The position numbers and the translations under genes were made by a program. From NCBI GenBank assembly GCA_000004695.1, contig CM000152.2, forward strand, positions 5,856,001 through 5,920,000: a DNA stretch of 64,000 nt, written 5' to 3'. Below the pieces are notes generated by a model that worked only from the letters and a program-made list of their open reading frames with translations, was not told where the DNA came from and searched no databases. Below are positions 13,404 through 26,160 of the stretch, in pieces (the first letter of the stretch is position 1; every line of letters starts with the position of its first letter). Origin of the DNA: Dictyostelium discoideum. Its lineage: Eukaryota.

Positions 13404-14080
13404 TTATGGAGAGTACTGAGTGAATTATTGTATTTTTTGAGATGTTTGGGAAGTGCTATTGCGTGAAGAGGTGAGTTCCATTGTCTGCTAAATTTTAATA
13501 GCTTTAGCGAGATTAATGAGTCTAATTTATTTTGTTCTTCTGGCCGTTGCTTTGATTTGATTCTTAATGTTTTGTTTATAACCGCTTGTGTCCTGTCCCA
13601 TGGAGCTCTTTGTGTTTTAATTAGTTCACGTATGACTTGTTGTCTATGAATTACTATTTCTATTTCATCGTGGATGAGTTTGTTTCTTTTGTGCCAAATT
13701 TTTTCGAATATAATAGCTATTAAATTGGCTATTAGTGCAATTTGTAGATGGTTTAAAATCTTAACATTCCAGGTGTGAGTGGTGTGTCCACACTTGATTA
13801 AGGTGTAGTTGAAGATTTCTTGTGTGTTTTTGATGTGGGCTTTGCAGTTGAAGAATATATGTTCTGAAGTCTCATCTTCCCCACACTGTTTGGCATGTTG
13901 CATATTTTTGGTAGTGCTTTCAGTGTGTATCTCCATAATAGGTCTCTACCTTTCATGTTTATTATTTTTTTAATTTCTATAAATGGAAGGTGTTTGCTAT
14001 TGATTTTGGTCATTATTTCTTTTTGGCCAGGAGTTGGTATGAATTTGTTGTGTTCTGGAGATTGGGTTGTCATCCTCGTA
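12888..14080 (-). mobile_element. TRE5-A, 5'-truncated copy (ORF2 3' third plus B-module, C-module and poly(A)). Its 5' end lies 48 bp upstream of the second tRNA-Val.
   Basis: The ORF2 C-terminal ~224 aa (13400..14073, with a 5-bp deletion relative to the 50-kb copy) ends in the Cys-rich motif CGEDETSEHIFFNCKAHI. Next come oligo(A) at 13330..13399, a B-module with an ORF1 N-terminal fragment (13082..13264), a C-module (12896..13010) and a poly(A) tail (12888..12895). The target-site duplication aaaataagtgtc lies at 12876..12887 and 14083..14094. Confidence 0.75.
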
Positions 14081-14127
14081 TAAAATAAGTGTCTTTATTT
14101 ATTTCTTTAAAAAAAAAATATCAATAT

Positions 14128-14201
14128 GTTCGGATGGTGTAGTCGGTTATCACGAATCCTTAACACGGATTAGGTCGTGGGTTCGATTCCCGCTCTGAAT
14201 A
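14128..14201 (+). tRNA. tRNA-Val (anticodon AAC), second copy
   Basis: Identical to 12008..12081, including ~20 bp of 5' leader and a 3' trailer with exB (14226..14244). This is a local gene duplication. Confidence 0.85.
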
Positions 14202-14257
14202 CTTCTTTTTAAAGAACCTAATATAGATCGCATGTTCGATTCCCTATTTATTCTTAT

Positions 14258-14291
14258 TAGGTCGTGGGTTCGATTCCCGCTCTGAATACTT
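14258..14291 (+). pseudogene. Orphan tRNA-Val 3'-half fragment (variable loop, T-arm, acceptor 3' strand and 4-nt trailer)
   Basis: taggtcgtgggttcgattcccgctctgaatactt equals positions 44-73 plus the trailer of the adjacent tRNA-Val. A second T-arm-like piece (tagtgggttcgattccgatcatg) follows at 14318..14345. Confidence 0.6.
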
Positions 14292-14597
14292 ATTTTTCAA
14301 ATTTAAATTGTTAAATAGTGGGTTCGATTCCGATCATGTAAAAAAAACCTCTCTTCGCATCAAAAAACCAAATTATTTTTTTTAGAAATTTATCTTTTTT
14401 TTTAATTTTTTTTAATTAAAAAAAAAAATAACCCTAAAAAAACCAAGAATAAAATAGATTAGAAAACAAAAAAAAACTTTTTAAAAAAAAAAAATTGTGA
14501 GAATAAGAAATAATTTAGAAAATAAAAACAAATATTAATAAATATCACCAAGAGTCTATTTTTATTTTTTTATTTTTCATTAAAAAAACAATAAACG

Positions 14598-15224
14598 ATG
14601 GAAATTAATAGTAACAAAATTGAAAAGTTATTTTTTGAAGTTTATAGAAATTTTTATTTAAAAGATATTATATTTAATCATTTAAGAATTTATAATGAAA
14701 ATACAAATAGAATTTTTAAAAATTGTGAAAAATTAAGACAATACTCACAAAAACACTATATTATCAAAGATGACTCTGAATCTATAGATTTATATGATAA
14801 CTTTTCAATATTATCTTTATTAGATATTGAATGTTTAACATTAAATAATAATTATTCTCACTCAATAGAATCATATGATTTACCAAAATCTTTAAAAAAA
14901 ATTAAATTTGGAAATAATTGGAATCATGGAATTAATTTAAAAAATACAAATATTGAAACAATAATTTTTGCTAATAATTATAATAAAAAATTAAAAGCAG
15001 GTGATTTACCAGATTCTTTAAAGGAAATTGTTTTTGGTTATTATTATTCACAGTGTTTAGAAATTGGAAGTATTTCATCACAGGTTGAAAAAATTACATT
15101 TGGTAATAATCCTTTAGTGGTCGGTATTATTCCAAGTAGTTGTAAGATTTTAAAATTGGGTGGTAAATATAATCATAAATTTGAAGTTAGTAAAAATGTC
15201 ATCCCTGAAGGAGTTGAATGGTAA
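14598..15224 (+). CDS. FNIP-repeat protein, 208 aa as an unspliced ORF
   Basis: ATG at 14598. Repeated LPxSLKxIxFGxxxNxxI units (DLPKSLKKIKFGNNWNHGI, DLPDSLKEIVFGYYYSQCL). The stop TAA at 15222 overlaps a GTAAAT donor-like site. Confidence 0.65.
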   Translation: MEINSNKIEKLFFEVYRNFYLKDIIFNHLRIYNENTNRIFKNCEKLRQYSQKHYIIKDDSESIDLYDNFSILSLLDIECLTLNNNYSHSIESYDLPKSLKKIKFGNNWNHGINLKNTNIETIIFANNYNKKLKAGDLPDSLKEIVFGYYYSQCLEIGSISSQVEKITFGNNPLVVGIIPSSCKILKLGGKYNHKFEVSKNVIPEGVEW

Positions 15225-15298
15225 ATCTAAAGTATTTAATTGTTGATTCCAATATGTACAAAAATAAATTACTTCAATCTTTTTTAATGATTTAATTT

Positions 15299-15757
15299 AA
15301 TTATCACTATAATAAAGAATTATTAATTGGATCAATACCACCAAATGTAACATATTTATCATTTGGTAATTCATTTACAAATAATAATTGTAAAATAAAA
15401 GCAGGTATTTTACCATCAAGTTTAACTCATTTAATATTTGGTGATTCAAATATTGAATTATTAAAAGGTTCTATACCAGATAGTGTCAAATATTTATATT
15501 TTGGTTCAAAATTTACAAATAATAATAAATCATTTAAAAATGTATTACCAAATAATCTTTTACATTTAGAATTTAAAAATATAAATTTTCAATTCCCAAT
15601 TTATGAAAAACCTCCAAATTCTATTTTAAAAAATAATTATATACCACTGATACCAAAAAGAAAAACTACTTTTTCAGAGATACTAGGAAATTCAATTTTA
15701 TTAATTTTTTATATCACTAGAGCTATATATGAATCTATTACTGGAATAACTGATTAA
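15299..15757 (+). CDS. FNIP-repeat ORF fragment with no start codon. Probably a downstream exon or pseudo-exon of the preceding gene.
   Basis: Open frame NKELLIGSIPPNVTYLSFGNSFTNNNCKIKAGILPSSLTHLIFGD… ending at TAA 15755..15757. I found no phase-compatible GT..AG join to the exon ending at 15220. Confidence 0.35.
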   Translation, partial: NYHYNKELLIGSIPPNVTYLSFGNSFTNNNCKIKAGILPSSLTHLIFGDSNIELLKGSIPDSVKYLYFGSKFTNNNKSFKNVLPNNLLHLEFKNINFQFPIYEKPPNSILKNNYIPLIPKRKTTFSEILGNSILLIFYITRAIYESITGITD

Positions 15758-15999
15758 ATTAAATAATTTTAGAAAAAATAAAATAAAAAATAAAAGAGAT
15801 ATTAAATATTAAAAAAATAAAATAAAAAAATAAAATAAAAAAAAAAATATTAAAAAATCTATTAATTCAATAATATAATATTTAATTTAATATAATTTAT
15901 ATATTTTTTTATATTTTATTTTTTTAAAATATATTAAAAATTAAATTAAAAAAAATAAAATAAAAAAATAAAAGAGATATTAAATATTAAATAAAATAA

Positions 16000-16436
16000 T
16001 TATTTATTTTTTATTTTTAAAAATAAAATTAAATTTAAAGATATTAAATGATTTATAATAGTTTGATTTGAATTAAAACATATAATTTCTTTTAAAGTTG
16101 AAGGTATTGAATTTTCAGTTAAACCAATTGGAAAAATTGAAGATCCAATAAAAGTTAAAGATTCTAAATTTGGTGGTAATAAAGATAGATTAATTTTACA
16201 ATCTTTATCACCATTAATTGTTAAATGTCTAATTGAATTTAATTTTAAAAAATCATTTTCAACATCAATATTATTATTATTATTATTATTATTATTAAAA
16301 TTAAATGGTAATGAAAGTGAAGTTATACTATTAATATTATAAATTGAACTTAATTTAAAATCTTCATGTTTTCCAATAAAATTTAAATTTGATAAAGTTA
16401 AAGGTAATTTTGAAAAATAAAATTCATTATAAGTAG

Positions 16437-16512
<76 letters not shown>

Positions 16513-17811
16513 AGTCAAATTAATATTTTCATTTGGATTGTATTTTTTAATTGAATAACTAATGAATAAAGTTGTTATATTATCATTAAATTCTAATGGT
16601 TTTGAATAATCTCTATTTAAATTATGAATTGATAATTCATTTAAAATTGGAATATTTGGAATTGATTTAAAATTTGGATAAAATAATTGAGAGAATGTAT
16701 AATTATTTGTATTATTATAAATGAATTTTAATTTATTTAAAGATTTTGGTAAAGTATTTAAAAATAAAAAATTATTTTCATTTTTATAATTTAAAATGAA
16801 CCAATCAAAATCAATTTTTAAAGTATTAATTGAAGTATTTTTTATTAAATTTAATTTCGCAGCACCACTACAATTTTTAATTTTTAAAGTTTTAATTGAA
16901 TTTGGTATAATTCCAATACCATTACCACTACCATTATCACTACCACTACCATCATCACCATCATCACCATCATTAATTAATTTTTGATTTAAATTTTTAA
17001 TTGTTAAATTTGTTATTGAATTTGGTAAACAATCTTTTTCCAATATAAATTTATTTTTATTAGTACTTGAAATTTTAATTTTCTTTACACCATGGGGTAT
17101 TAAAATATCTTTTAATTTTTGATTGAAATTTAAACCAAATTCAATACTATATAAACCATTTTTATCATTATCATTACTCTTTATTATACCACTTTTAATA
17201 TTAATGAAATCTTTATCTGTTAATTTTATTCTTTTAATTGGATACTTTATATATTGATCAAATTCATTCTTTTCAAAATTAAATGTTGTTCGATTCGATT
17301 GATCCAATATAAAAACCAATGGATACATTCCAAATGAATCAAGTAAATCACCAATTATCGTATGTTTTTGAAATTTTGAACATGTTAATTTTTTAATATG
17401 ATTTGGTAATTTTTTAATAAATTCTTCATAATCTCTATTAATATGAATTGATTCAATATTATTTGATAATAAAAATTCATTATTATTATTATTATTATTA
17501 TTAATATTATTATTATTATTTTCATATAAATCAAAATTAAAACCATATGGAAAATGAATTTCTTTAATTGAATTTGGTAATTCATTTTTTAATAATATAA
17601 ATTCTTCATATCTTATTGAATTACTAATTTCAACTGATCTTAAATAATCTTTAAATTTATATTGATTTACTTGTTTAACCTTTTCAAATACTCTTTTATG
17701 ATAATGTATATTATATAATTTAACATGTAATAATATTTCTTTTTTAATTACATAATTTCTCCATAATTTAAAAAATAATTTATCATTATTATCATTATTA
17801 TTATCGTTCAT
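16000..17811 (-). CDS. FNIP-repeat protein, 603 aa, single exon
   Basis: ATG at 17811. Tandem FNIP-type repeats (LPNSIKEIHFPYGFNFDLYEN, …LPKSLNKLKFIYNNTNNYTF) and long poly-Asn tracts. Confidence 0.85.
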
Positions 17812-17961
17812 TATAAATTATAGAGTGTGTTTATATGATTATATTTTATGAAAAATCAGAAAAAGAAAAGAAAAAAAAAAAAAAAAAAAAAAATGCGAAA
17901 AAAAAAAAAAAAATGAGAAAAAAAAAAAAAATCTGATCAGATATTTTATATTTTATATATT

Positions 17962-19519
17962 TTATTTATTTTTTATTTTTAAAATATTTAAAAATTTATC
18001 AATATTTAAACTATTTAATAATATATGATTTGTATTATTAATTGATAAATTTGTTAAAGATTTTGGTAATAAATCGAAATTAATTATTGGATTTGAATCA
18101 TTTAATATTAAAGTTGTTAAATTATTTGGTAAAATTGAGCAATCTCTAGTTAAATGTTGATTAAATCTTAAACCACATTCAAAAGTTGTAACTGATAATG
18201 GAATTGTATTTGGTTGAATTGGTTGATTAAAAAAGTAACCAAATTTCAATTGCTTTAATTTTGAACCAATTTCAAATGATTGTTCATTAATCTCTCTATT
18301 GAAATAAGTACCAAATTCTAATATTTCAATTGTTGATGGTATTGATGATGGTAATAAATCAAATGATATATTATCAATCTTTAAATATTTAATTGATTTT
18401 GGTATCTCTCCAATTTCAATTCTTCTCTTTAATGGTAATAAATGTAAATTTATTAAATTTTCATTATCACCACCACCACCAATAAAATTAGTATGAGCAA
18501 TTATTAAAGTTTCTAATGACTTTGGCAATAAATTTAAATTTAATGCTTTTGTAAATAATATACCAAATTGTAATGTTTTTAATGATTTTGGATATAAATT
18601 ATTATTATCATTACTAATCTCTATTGGTTGATTAAAAGTATTACTAAATTTTAAAAATGTTAAAGAATTTGGTAAAATATTGATATTAAATGGTTGATTA
18701 AATTGTTGACCCATATCTAAATATTCTAAAAATGGAGGTAATGAACCAATTTTTAAAGTATGATTAAAATTTGATGATAAAATTAATTTCTTTAAACCTA
18801 ATGGTAAACAACGTTTACCAATTTTATGATTCCAAGTAAAACCCATACTTAAATGAGTTAAACTATCTGGTAAAATTCCTTTTCTAATCTTTTTATTATA
18901 TTTATAACCTAATATTAATGTTTTTAAATTATTTGGTAACCAAGTTTTTGGTTTACTATTATTATTATTATTATTTTCAGATTCTTGTGATTCTTCAGAT
19001 TCTTCAGTTATATCATCACTATCATTATCATCATCATCATCACTATCACTATCATCACCAACTTGATTACCCTTTTTATTATATTTAATTTCAAATGTAT
19101 GATTAAAATGAAATGAAAATTCTAAAAAGGTTATTGAATTTGGTAATTGATTTAATTTAATTTTTTGATTGAATTCGTTATTAAAAATTAATGATTTTAA
19201 AGTAATTGGTAGTGATCCAATCATAATCTCACTATTAAAATGTGTGCCTAATGATAATGATTCCAACGATGATGATGGCAATTGATTAACTTTTAATTTA
19301 TGATTATAATCATTACCAATGATTAAATGTTTAACTGATTTTGGTATTGCTCCTTCTTGTATCCTATGATTACCATTTGATCCCATTGATAATGTTTCAA
19401 TTGTTTTTGGTAATGAATTAGTTTCAATAATTTGATTATACGTCGATTCATTGAATAATAAAGTTTTAAAATTTTTATTATTTTTTGGTAATAATAAATT
19501 GTCGTGGTTGTTGTTGTTC

Positions 19520-19605
<86 letters not shown>

Positions 19606-20110
19606 GATTTTCTTTTGAAAATGTTTACCAAATTTAATGGATTTTAAATTCTCTAATTTTGAAAATACTGATTGTCCATCACTATCATTTAATGGTGCTA
19701 TTGTTGAATTGAATTTTGAACTAAATTCAATTGATTCTATGGTTGGTACATATTTTATTAGTAATGATAAATTATTAGCTGTTATCTCTCCATTACTATC
19801 ATCTAAAAATTGTGGACATGATATTGCTTTATCTGTCTTTATTAATATTGATCTTAGGTAATCTTTATATCGATAATTCTTTAATTCATGTAATGTAAAT
19901 TCCCTTTGATGGAAATGAATATTATATAATTTTAAATGATATTGAATTTGATTTCTAATAATTTCATTTTTAAAATAAATTTCTTTAAATTTTTCACTAT
20001 TATCAATATTATTATTATTATTATCATTATTATCATTATTATTATCAATACTATTGGTAATTTCTTCTAATTCTAAATTTTCAGAATTTATTATTACTTT
20101 ATCTTTGATT

Positions 20111-20183
<73 letters not shown>

Positions 20184-20256
20184 CATATGAATCATCACTT
20201 TTTTTAATTTTATCTTTTTTATTGATTTTATTTTTTATGTTTTTGTATATGTTCAT
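17962..20256 (-). CDS. FNIP-repeat protein, 764 aa, single exon
   Basis: More than 15 tandem ~22-aa FNIP units (LPNSLTFLKFSNTFNQPI, LPKSLKTLQFGILFTKAL…), a poly-Asn N-terminus and an acidic Ser/Asp block. Confidence 0.85.
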
Positions 20257-21015
20257 TTTTTTATTTTTTAATTTTTTTTTTTTAAAAAAATTTGTGTATA
20301 TGATGTGTAATTATTGTATAATGAAAAATAAATATTTATTCTATAATTATTTAATTATTGTAATGACCATGCTTTGTAAAAAAAAACATTAAAAACACAA
20401 AAAAAAAAAAAAAAATTAAAAAATAAAAATAAAAAAATAAATATTAAAAATTCGTTGTGGGTTATATATATAGTTTAAATGAATGGCTTATATGAATTAA
20501 AAAAAAAATTAATAAAAAAAAATAAAAATAAAAATAAAAAATAAAACAAAAAAAATAATAAAAAAAAAAAAAAAAATTTATTTTGAAATCGGTTGGCGGA
20601 AATCTTGAAATGTGAACAATTTCATTGAAAATGAAATTTTACAGATTTGAACAGAAAAAAAATAAAAAGGCATTATTAAAAACTAATCAGCAAAAGTCAG
20701 AAATACAACAAAGATAAAAAAAAAAAAAAAAAAAAAAAAAAGAAAAAAGTAAAAATTAATTCAAATAAATTGATTATATATTAGTAAATAACAATTATTT
20801 TAATATTTAAAAATAATAATAAAAAATATTTTATTAGAAAGAATTAAGTTAAAAAAAAAAAAAAAAAAAGTATACAATGAGTATTACCAATAAGTATTTT
20901 TTTTTTGGTTATGGAAAGTAAAATTTTTTTTGAATTGGTTGGCTATGGAAAGTAAAATAACACTTTAAAAAAAAAAAAAGTTATTTTCTGAAAAATGACA
21001 TTTGTTATTATTTAT

Positions 21016-22111
21016 TTATTTATTTGGTTGTGGAGTAACACGTAAATAGCTCTTTATCTTTGGGAAACCCTTTGGGAATAATTTTTTGGCATCTTCATCA
21101 AAGACAGTTGGGACAATTATACAATCATCACCATCAACCCAATCAGCTGGTGTTGCAACTTTGTATTTGTCAGTCTAATAATATAAAAAAAAAAAAAAAA
21201 ACGAAATAAAATTTAGTTAATAAAAATAAAATAATAAATATTAATCTTATTTTTTTTTAAAATATTATTTACTTACCAATTGGAATGAATCTAAAATTCT
21301 TATAATTTCATCTTTTTTTTTTTTTTTTTTTTTTTTTTTTCCTTTCCCTGGGAAAAATTAAAAATATAATAAAATAGAGTTAATATTAAATAAAACTTTT
21401 TTTTTAAAAAAAAAATAATATAATAAAAAAAAAAAATGATTAACATACTAAAATTACGACCAGTTGAAGCTGGAAGAGTTATTTGAGCTCTTAAACGTTT
21501 ATCTGGTGAAATAAAGAAAACTGAACGAACTGTAAAAGTGTTATCGGCATTTGGATGAATCATACCATACAAATCAGCAACTTTTCTATCTTGATCAGCA
21601 ATAATTGGATAGTTAATTTTAACTTTTTGAGTTTCTTCAATATCTTTCATCCATTCCAAGTGATCTTTTACTGAATCAACTGAAAGTGCAAGAATTTTAC
21701 AATTTCTTTTTTCAAATTCTGGTTTTAATTTTGCTCTTTAATATTTAAAAAAGATTGTTTTTAAAAAGTTTGAAAAAAAAAATAAAAAAAATAAAATAAA
21801 AAGTTAATAATAGTTTTTAAATTAATTAATTTTTTTTTTTTTTTTTGAATTTTAAAAAAAACATACAATCTACCGAGTTCAGTGGTACAAATTGGTGTAA
21901 AATCTTTTGGATGGGAAACAAATAAACCCCAGCTATCACCTAATGTTTTATAAAGGTTAATTTGGCCAACACTTGAGTCTTGTGAAAAATCTGGAACTAC
22001 ATCACCAATTCTTAAAAAGTTACCAACTGGTGAAAAATTTGATTTACTTGGTGCTCCTGTACAGAATGATCTAATTAAAATTGATTTATTGACTTGTTGA
22101 ATTCTTGACAT
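21016..22111 (-). CDS. 1-Cys peroxiredoxin (Prdx6-like), 4 exons: complement(join(21867..22111,21449..21735,21277..21311,21016..21174)), 241 aa.
   Basis: PVGNFLRIGDVVPDF…SWGLFVSHPKDFTPICTTELGRL|AKLKPEFEKRNCKILALSVDSVKDHLEWMKDI…PASTGRNF|NEIIRILDSFQL|TDKYKVATPADWVDGDDCIIVPTV…KKLFPKGF. This is collinear with human PRDX6 through the C-terminus. Donors are GTATGT, GTATGT and GTAAGT; acceptors are AG. The third exon is a 35-nt micro-exon. Confidence 0.85.
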
Positions 22112-22156
22112 TTTTTTATTTAGTTTTTCTTTATAAAAAGAATTATTGTGTGATTA

Positions 22157-22193
<37 letters not shown>

Positions 22194-22210
22194 GAAGTGA
22201 TGGAGATATT

Positions 22211-22241
<31 letters not shown>

Positions 22242-22395
22242 TAATAATTAATTTAAAAAAGTTCCTATGAAATTGTTGGTGTTCCACTAAATTCTTTTGA
22301 AATTTTTTTTTTTTTTTTTTTTTGTATTGTTTTTTTTTTATTTATTATTTTTTTTATTTTAATAAGTGATTTAGATGTTCTGGTGCTTTACTTTT

Positions 22396-22426
<31 letters not shown>

Positions 22427-22543
22427 TTAAATAAATAAAGTAAAAAATTGATAGAAATTTAATAATAAAAAAAAGATTTTTTTTTTTTTAAAAGTTGAAA
22501 TAAAACTGATTAAAGTTTTAGTTTTTTTTTTATTTATTTATTT

Positions 22544-23716
<1,173 letters not shown>

Positions 23717-24741
23717 CTATACAATTAATTATTTATCTAAATATACAATTATTATTTTTTTAAAATGATTTGAAAAAAAAAAAAAAATTTGCAAATGTGC
23801 AAATATTTATAAAAAAAAAATTGAGAAAAAAAAAATAAAATTAAATTTTTAATTAAAAAAAAATTAATTTTTAAGTTTTTTCTTTGAAAACAAAATTTTT
23901 TTTTAATTTTTTTTTTTTTTTTTTTTATTTTTATTAATTTCTTTTTTTTTTAAAAGGGTGTAACCACCCAAAAATTTTTTTTTAATTTTTTTTTTTATTT
24001 TTTATTTTTTTTTAATTTTTTTTTTTTTAATATAATTTTTTGATGAATTTAGTGGAGATTTCGAAAAAGAAAAAAGAAAACAAAATATTAAACAATTAAA
24101 AAAGTTTATATGTAATTTGTTTTTTTTTTTAAATAAATAAATAAATCAATAATTAATTGTTACTATTTTAATTATTTTTTTTTTTTTTTTTTTCTCTCAA
24201 AATAGTTATTGAATGATGTGTTTTAAAACAGAAAAATATTAAGTTGGGGAAAATGTTAAAGAAACACTCCAAATTCGAAATACACAGTAGTACTTTTCTA
24301 TTACAGGTGGCGAATTGGAACAGTAAGTTTTAATACATAATTATTTTTAAAAAAAGGATTTAATGCATATAATAATATATGGATTTGTCAATTCGTACAT
24401 ACAAAAGCAAAAGGAAAAGAAAGAGTTCATTGGGTGTATAGTCCAATAGGTACAGATAAAACTCAATTTCCACAACAAACACTCTGTCAAAAAAAAAAAA
24501 AAAACAAAAAAAAAAAAAAGAAATATTAATTAATTAAATAAATAATATTGAATAATGCAAATTTTAATTATTATTAAAAAAAAAAAAAATATAATAAAAA
24601 AAAAAAAATTAAATTCTAATTTAATTTAAATAAAATATTTATAAACTTTTTAGATACATTCTATAGCACACACACATTCACAAAAAAGATAAAATTTTCT
24701 ATTTTAATGATTGCCATCTTCATCAACTTTAACATGTTTTT

Positions 24742-26160
24742 CTACTTCTTCTTATCTTCTTCTACTTTCTTAACCTGATTTATTAAAAATTGATTCTTTT
24801 TTCTTTTTCTTTCTTTTTCTTTTTCAATTTCTTTTTCTTCTTTAATACTATTAATTACATTATTGAACATTTTATTTGCAGAATCTTCTTTAATGATTTC
24901 AACTGAACCTAAATCAAAAAATATAAACTTGTCTTCGTCATTATATTTATATTTTCCAACATGTCTTAATGATAAATCTGAGCGTATATAACCTGATTTT
25001 GAAAATTGACGGCAAGAATCCCATAATCTATCACAAAAACCATCTTTGTTGTAATCAACAATGGTAATAGGTTTAAAAATGGCATCAATAAACAAGGTTG
25101 TTCACGATTAAACTATAAAACCAAGGTTTTGATTCCCCAAATATCATACCAACGTTTACTTTTTTTTTCAGCTCTTTCCAATTTATTTCTTGGTGAGTGG
25201 AAAAACTTGATAGTAAATGCTTTGGCTTGTGTGTTAATTGCTAGCCATGCTTTACCTTTACCACTTGAACTTAATTCTGAAATTAAATAAATCTTTATAA
25301 TTTTCTTTGTTTTCAATATCTTCAATTACACATGCTATTGATATAGTATTATTATTATTATTATCATGTTTATTTTCATCACCAAAAAAATAATATTATT
25401 TAACTCTACCCATATAAAAGAATTTTCAGTGAATTCCATACATATATTATTCAATTGTAAACTTTGGTTAATATTTGAATGGTTCATGTTTTTAAACACA
25501 GAACAAAGTTATCTAATCAATTTTGATTCATTATTTGAGGTATCATCTGTGTTTGTGATTTCTGGTGATACGAATAAGTGTCTGTTAATCTCTTTGATTT
25601 TATCATGATTAAGTGAAACCAATAAATTATTATTTACATCACCCACTTTAAGTTTTAATGGAACTTGAACTTGCTGAAGGAATGGTGAATTTAATTTTGA
25701 TATGGATATAGTTGGCAATTCTTCAACTTTTTCAGTTTCAACGAGTTTGTTACCCTCCAACCCTACTATTCTAGTTTTCTGAAAATTCTTGACATGGACT
25801 TTTGAATTGTATTACTCCTTTTGGAATGTCACAGTGAGCAAATATCAAAATGGTAGGTTTAAAACTTGTAATGGATCCATTTTCGTATTTCATTTGTTTT
25901 TCAAGACCACATGATAATAAAATATCAAAAATCAAATTTTTGAAAAAAAAATGAAACACCCACTTCACCCTTAATTTCTTTATTCGTTCTATACAAACTC
26001 CATAATAAAGAAGATCTACCTTGATCAACACAATATGGGTTATCTAATTCTTTAAATTCTCTTTCTTCAAAACTACATTCCAAGTGTTGGATTGAAATTT
26101 TTTTATCTGATCCACTGAACTTTATATTTGGTACACCTTTGGTTTTAAAATCTAATATAA
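24742..26160 (-). pseudogene. Fragmented minus-strand coding region with at least 4 ORF pieces in different frames. A disrupted gene or unresolved multi-intron gene of unknown family.
   Basis: Track ORFs at 24742..25095, 25113..25325, 25509..25760 and 25771..26031, plus an open frame to about 26160 (…DFKTKGVPNIKFSGSDKKISIQHLECSFEEREF…). The frame changes inside an A-run near 25960. Confidence 0.3.

Noticed and set aside
15221-15318. Intron joining FNIP exon 14598..15220 to the 15299..15757 FNIP ORF
   Set aside because: With the only available donor (GTAAAT at 15221) and the only nearby AG (15316-15317), the reading phase gives TGA. No phase-compatible GT..AG pair exists, so the join was not asserted.
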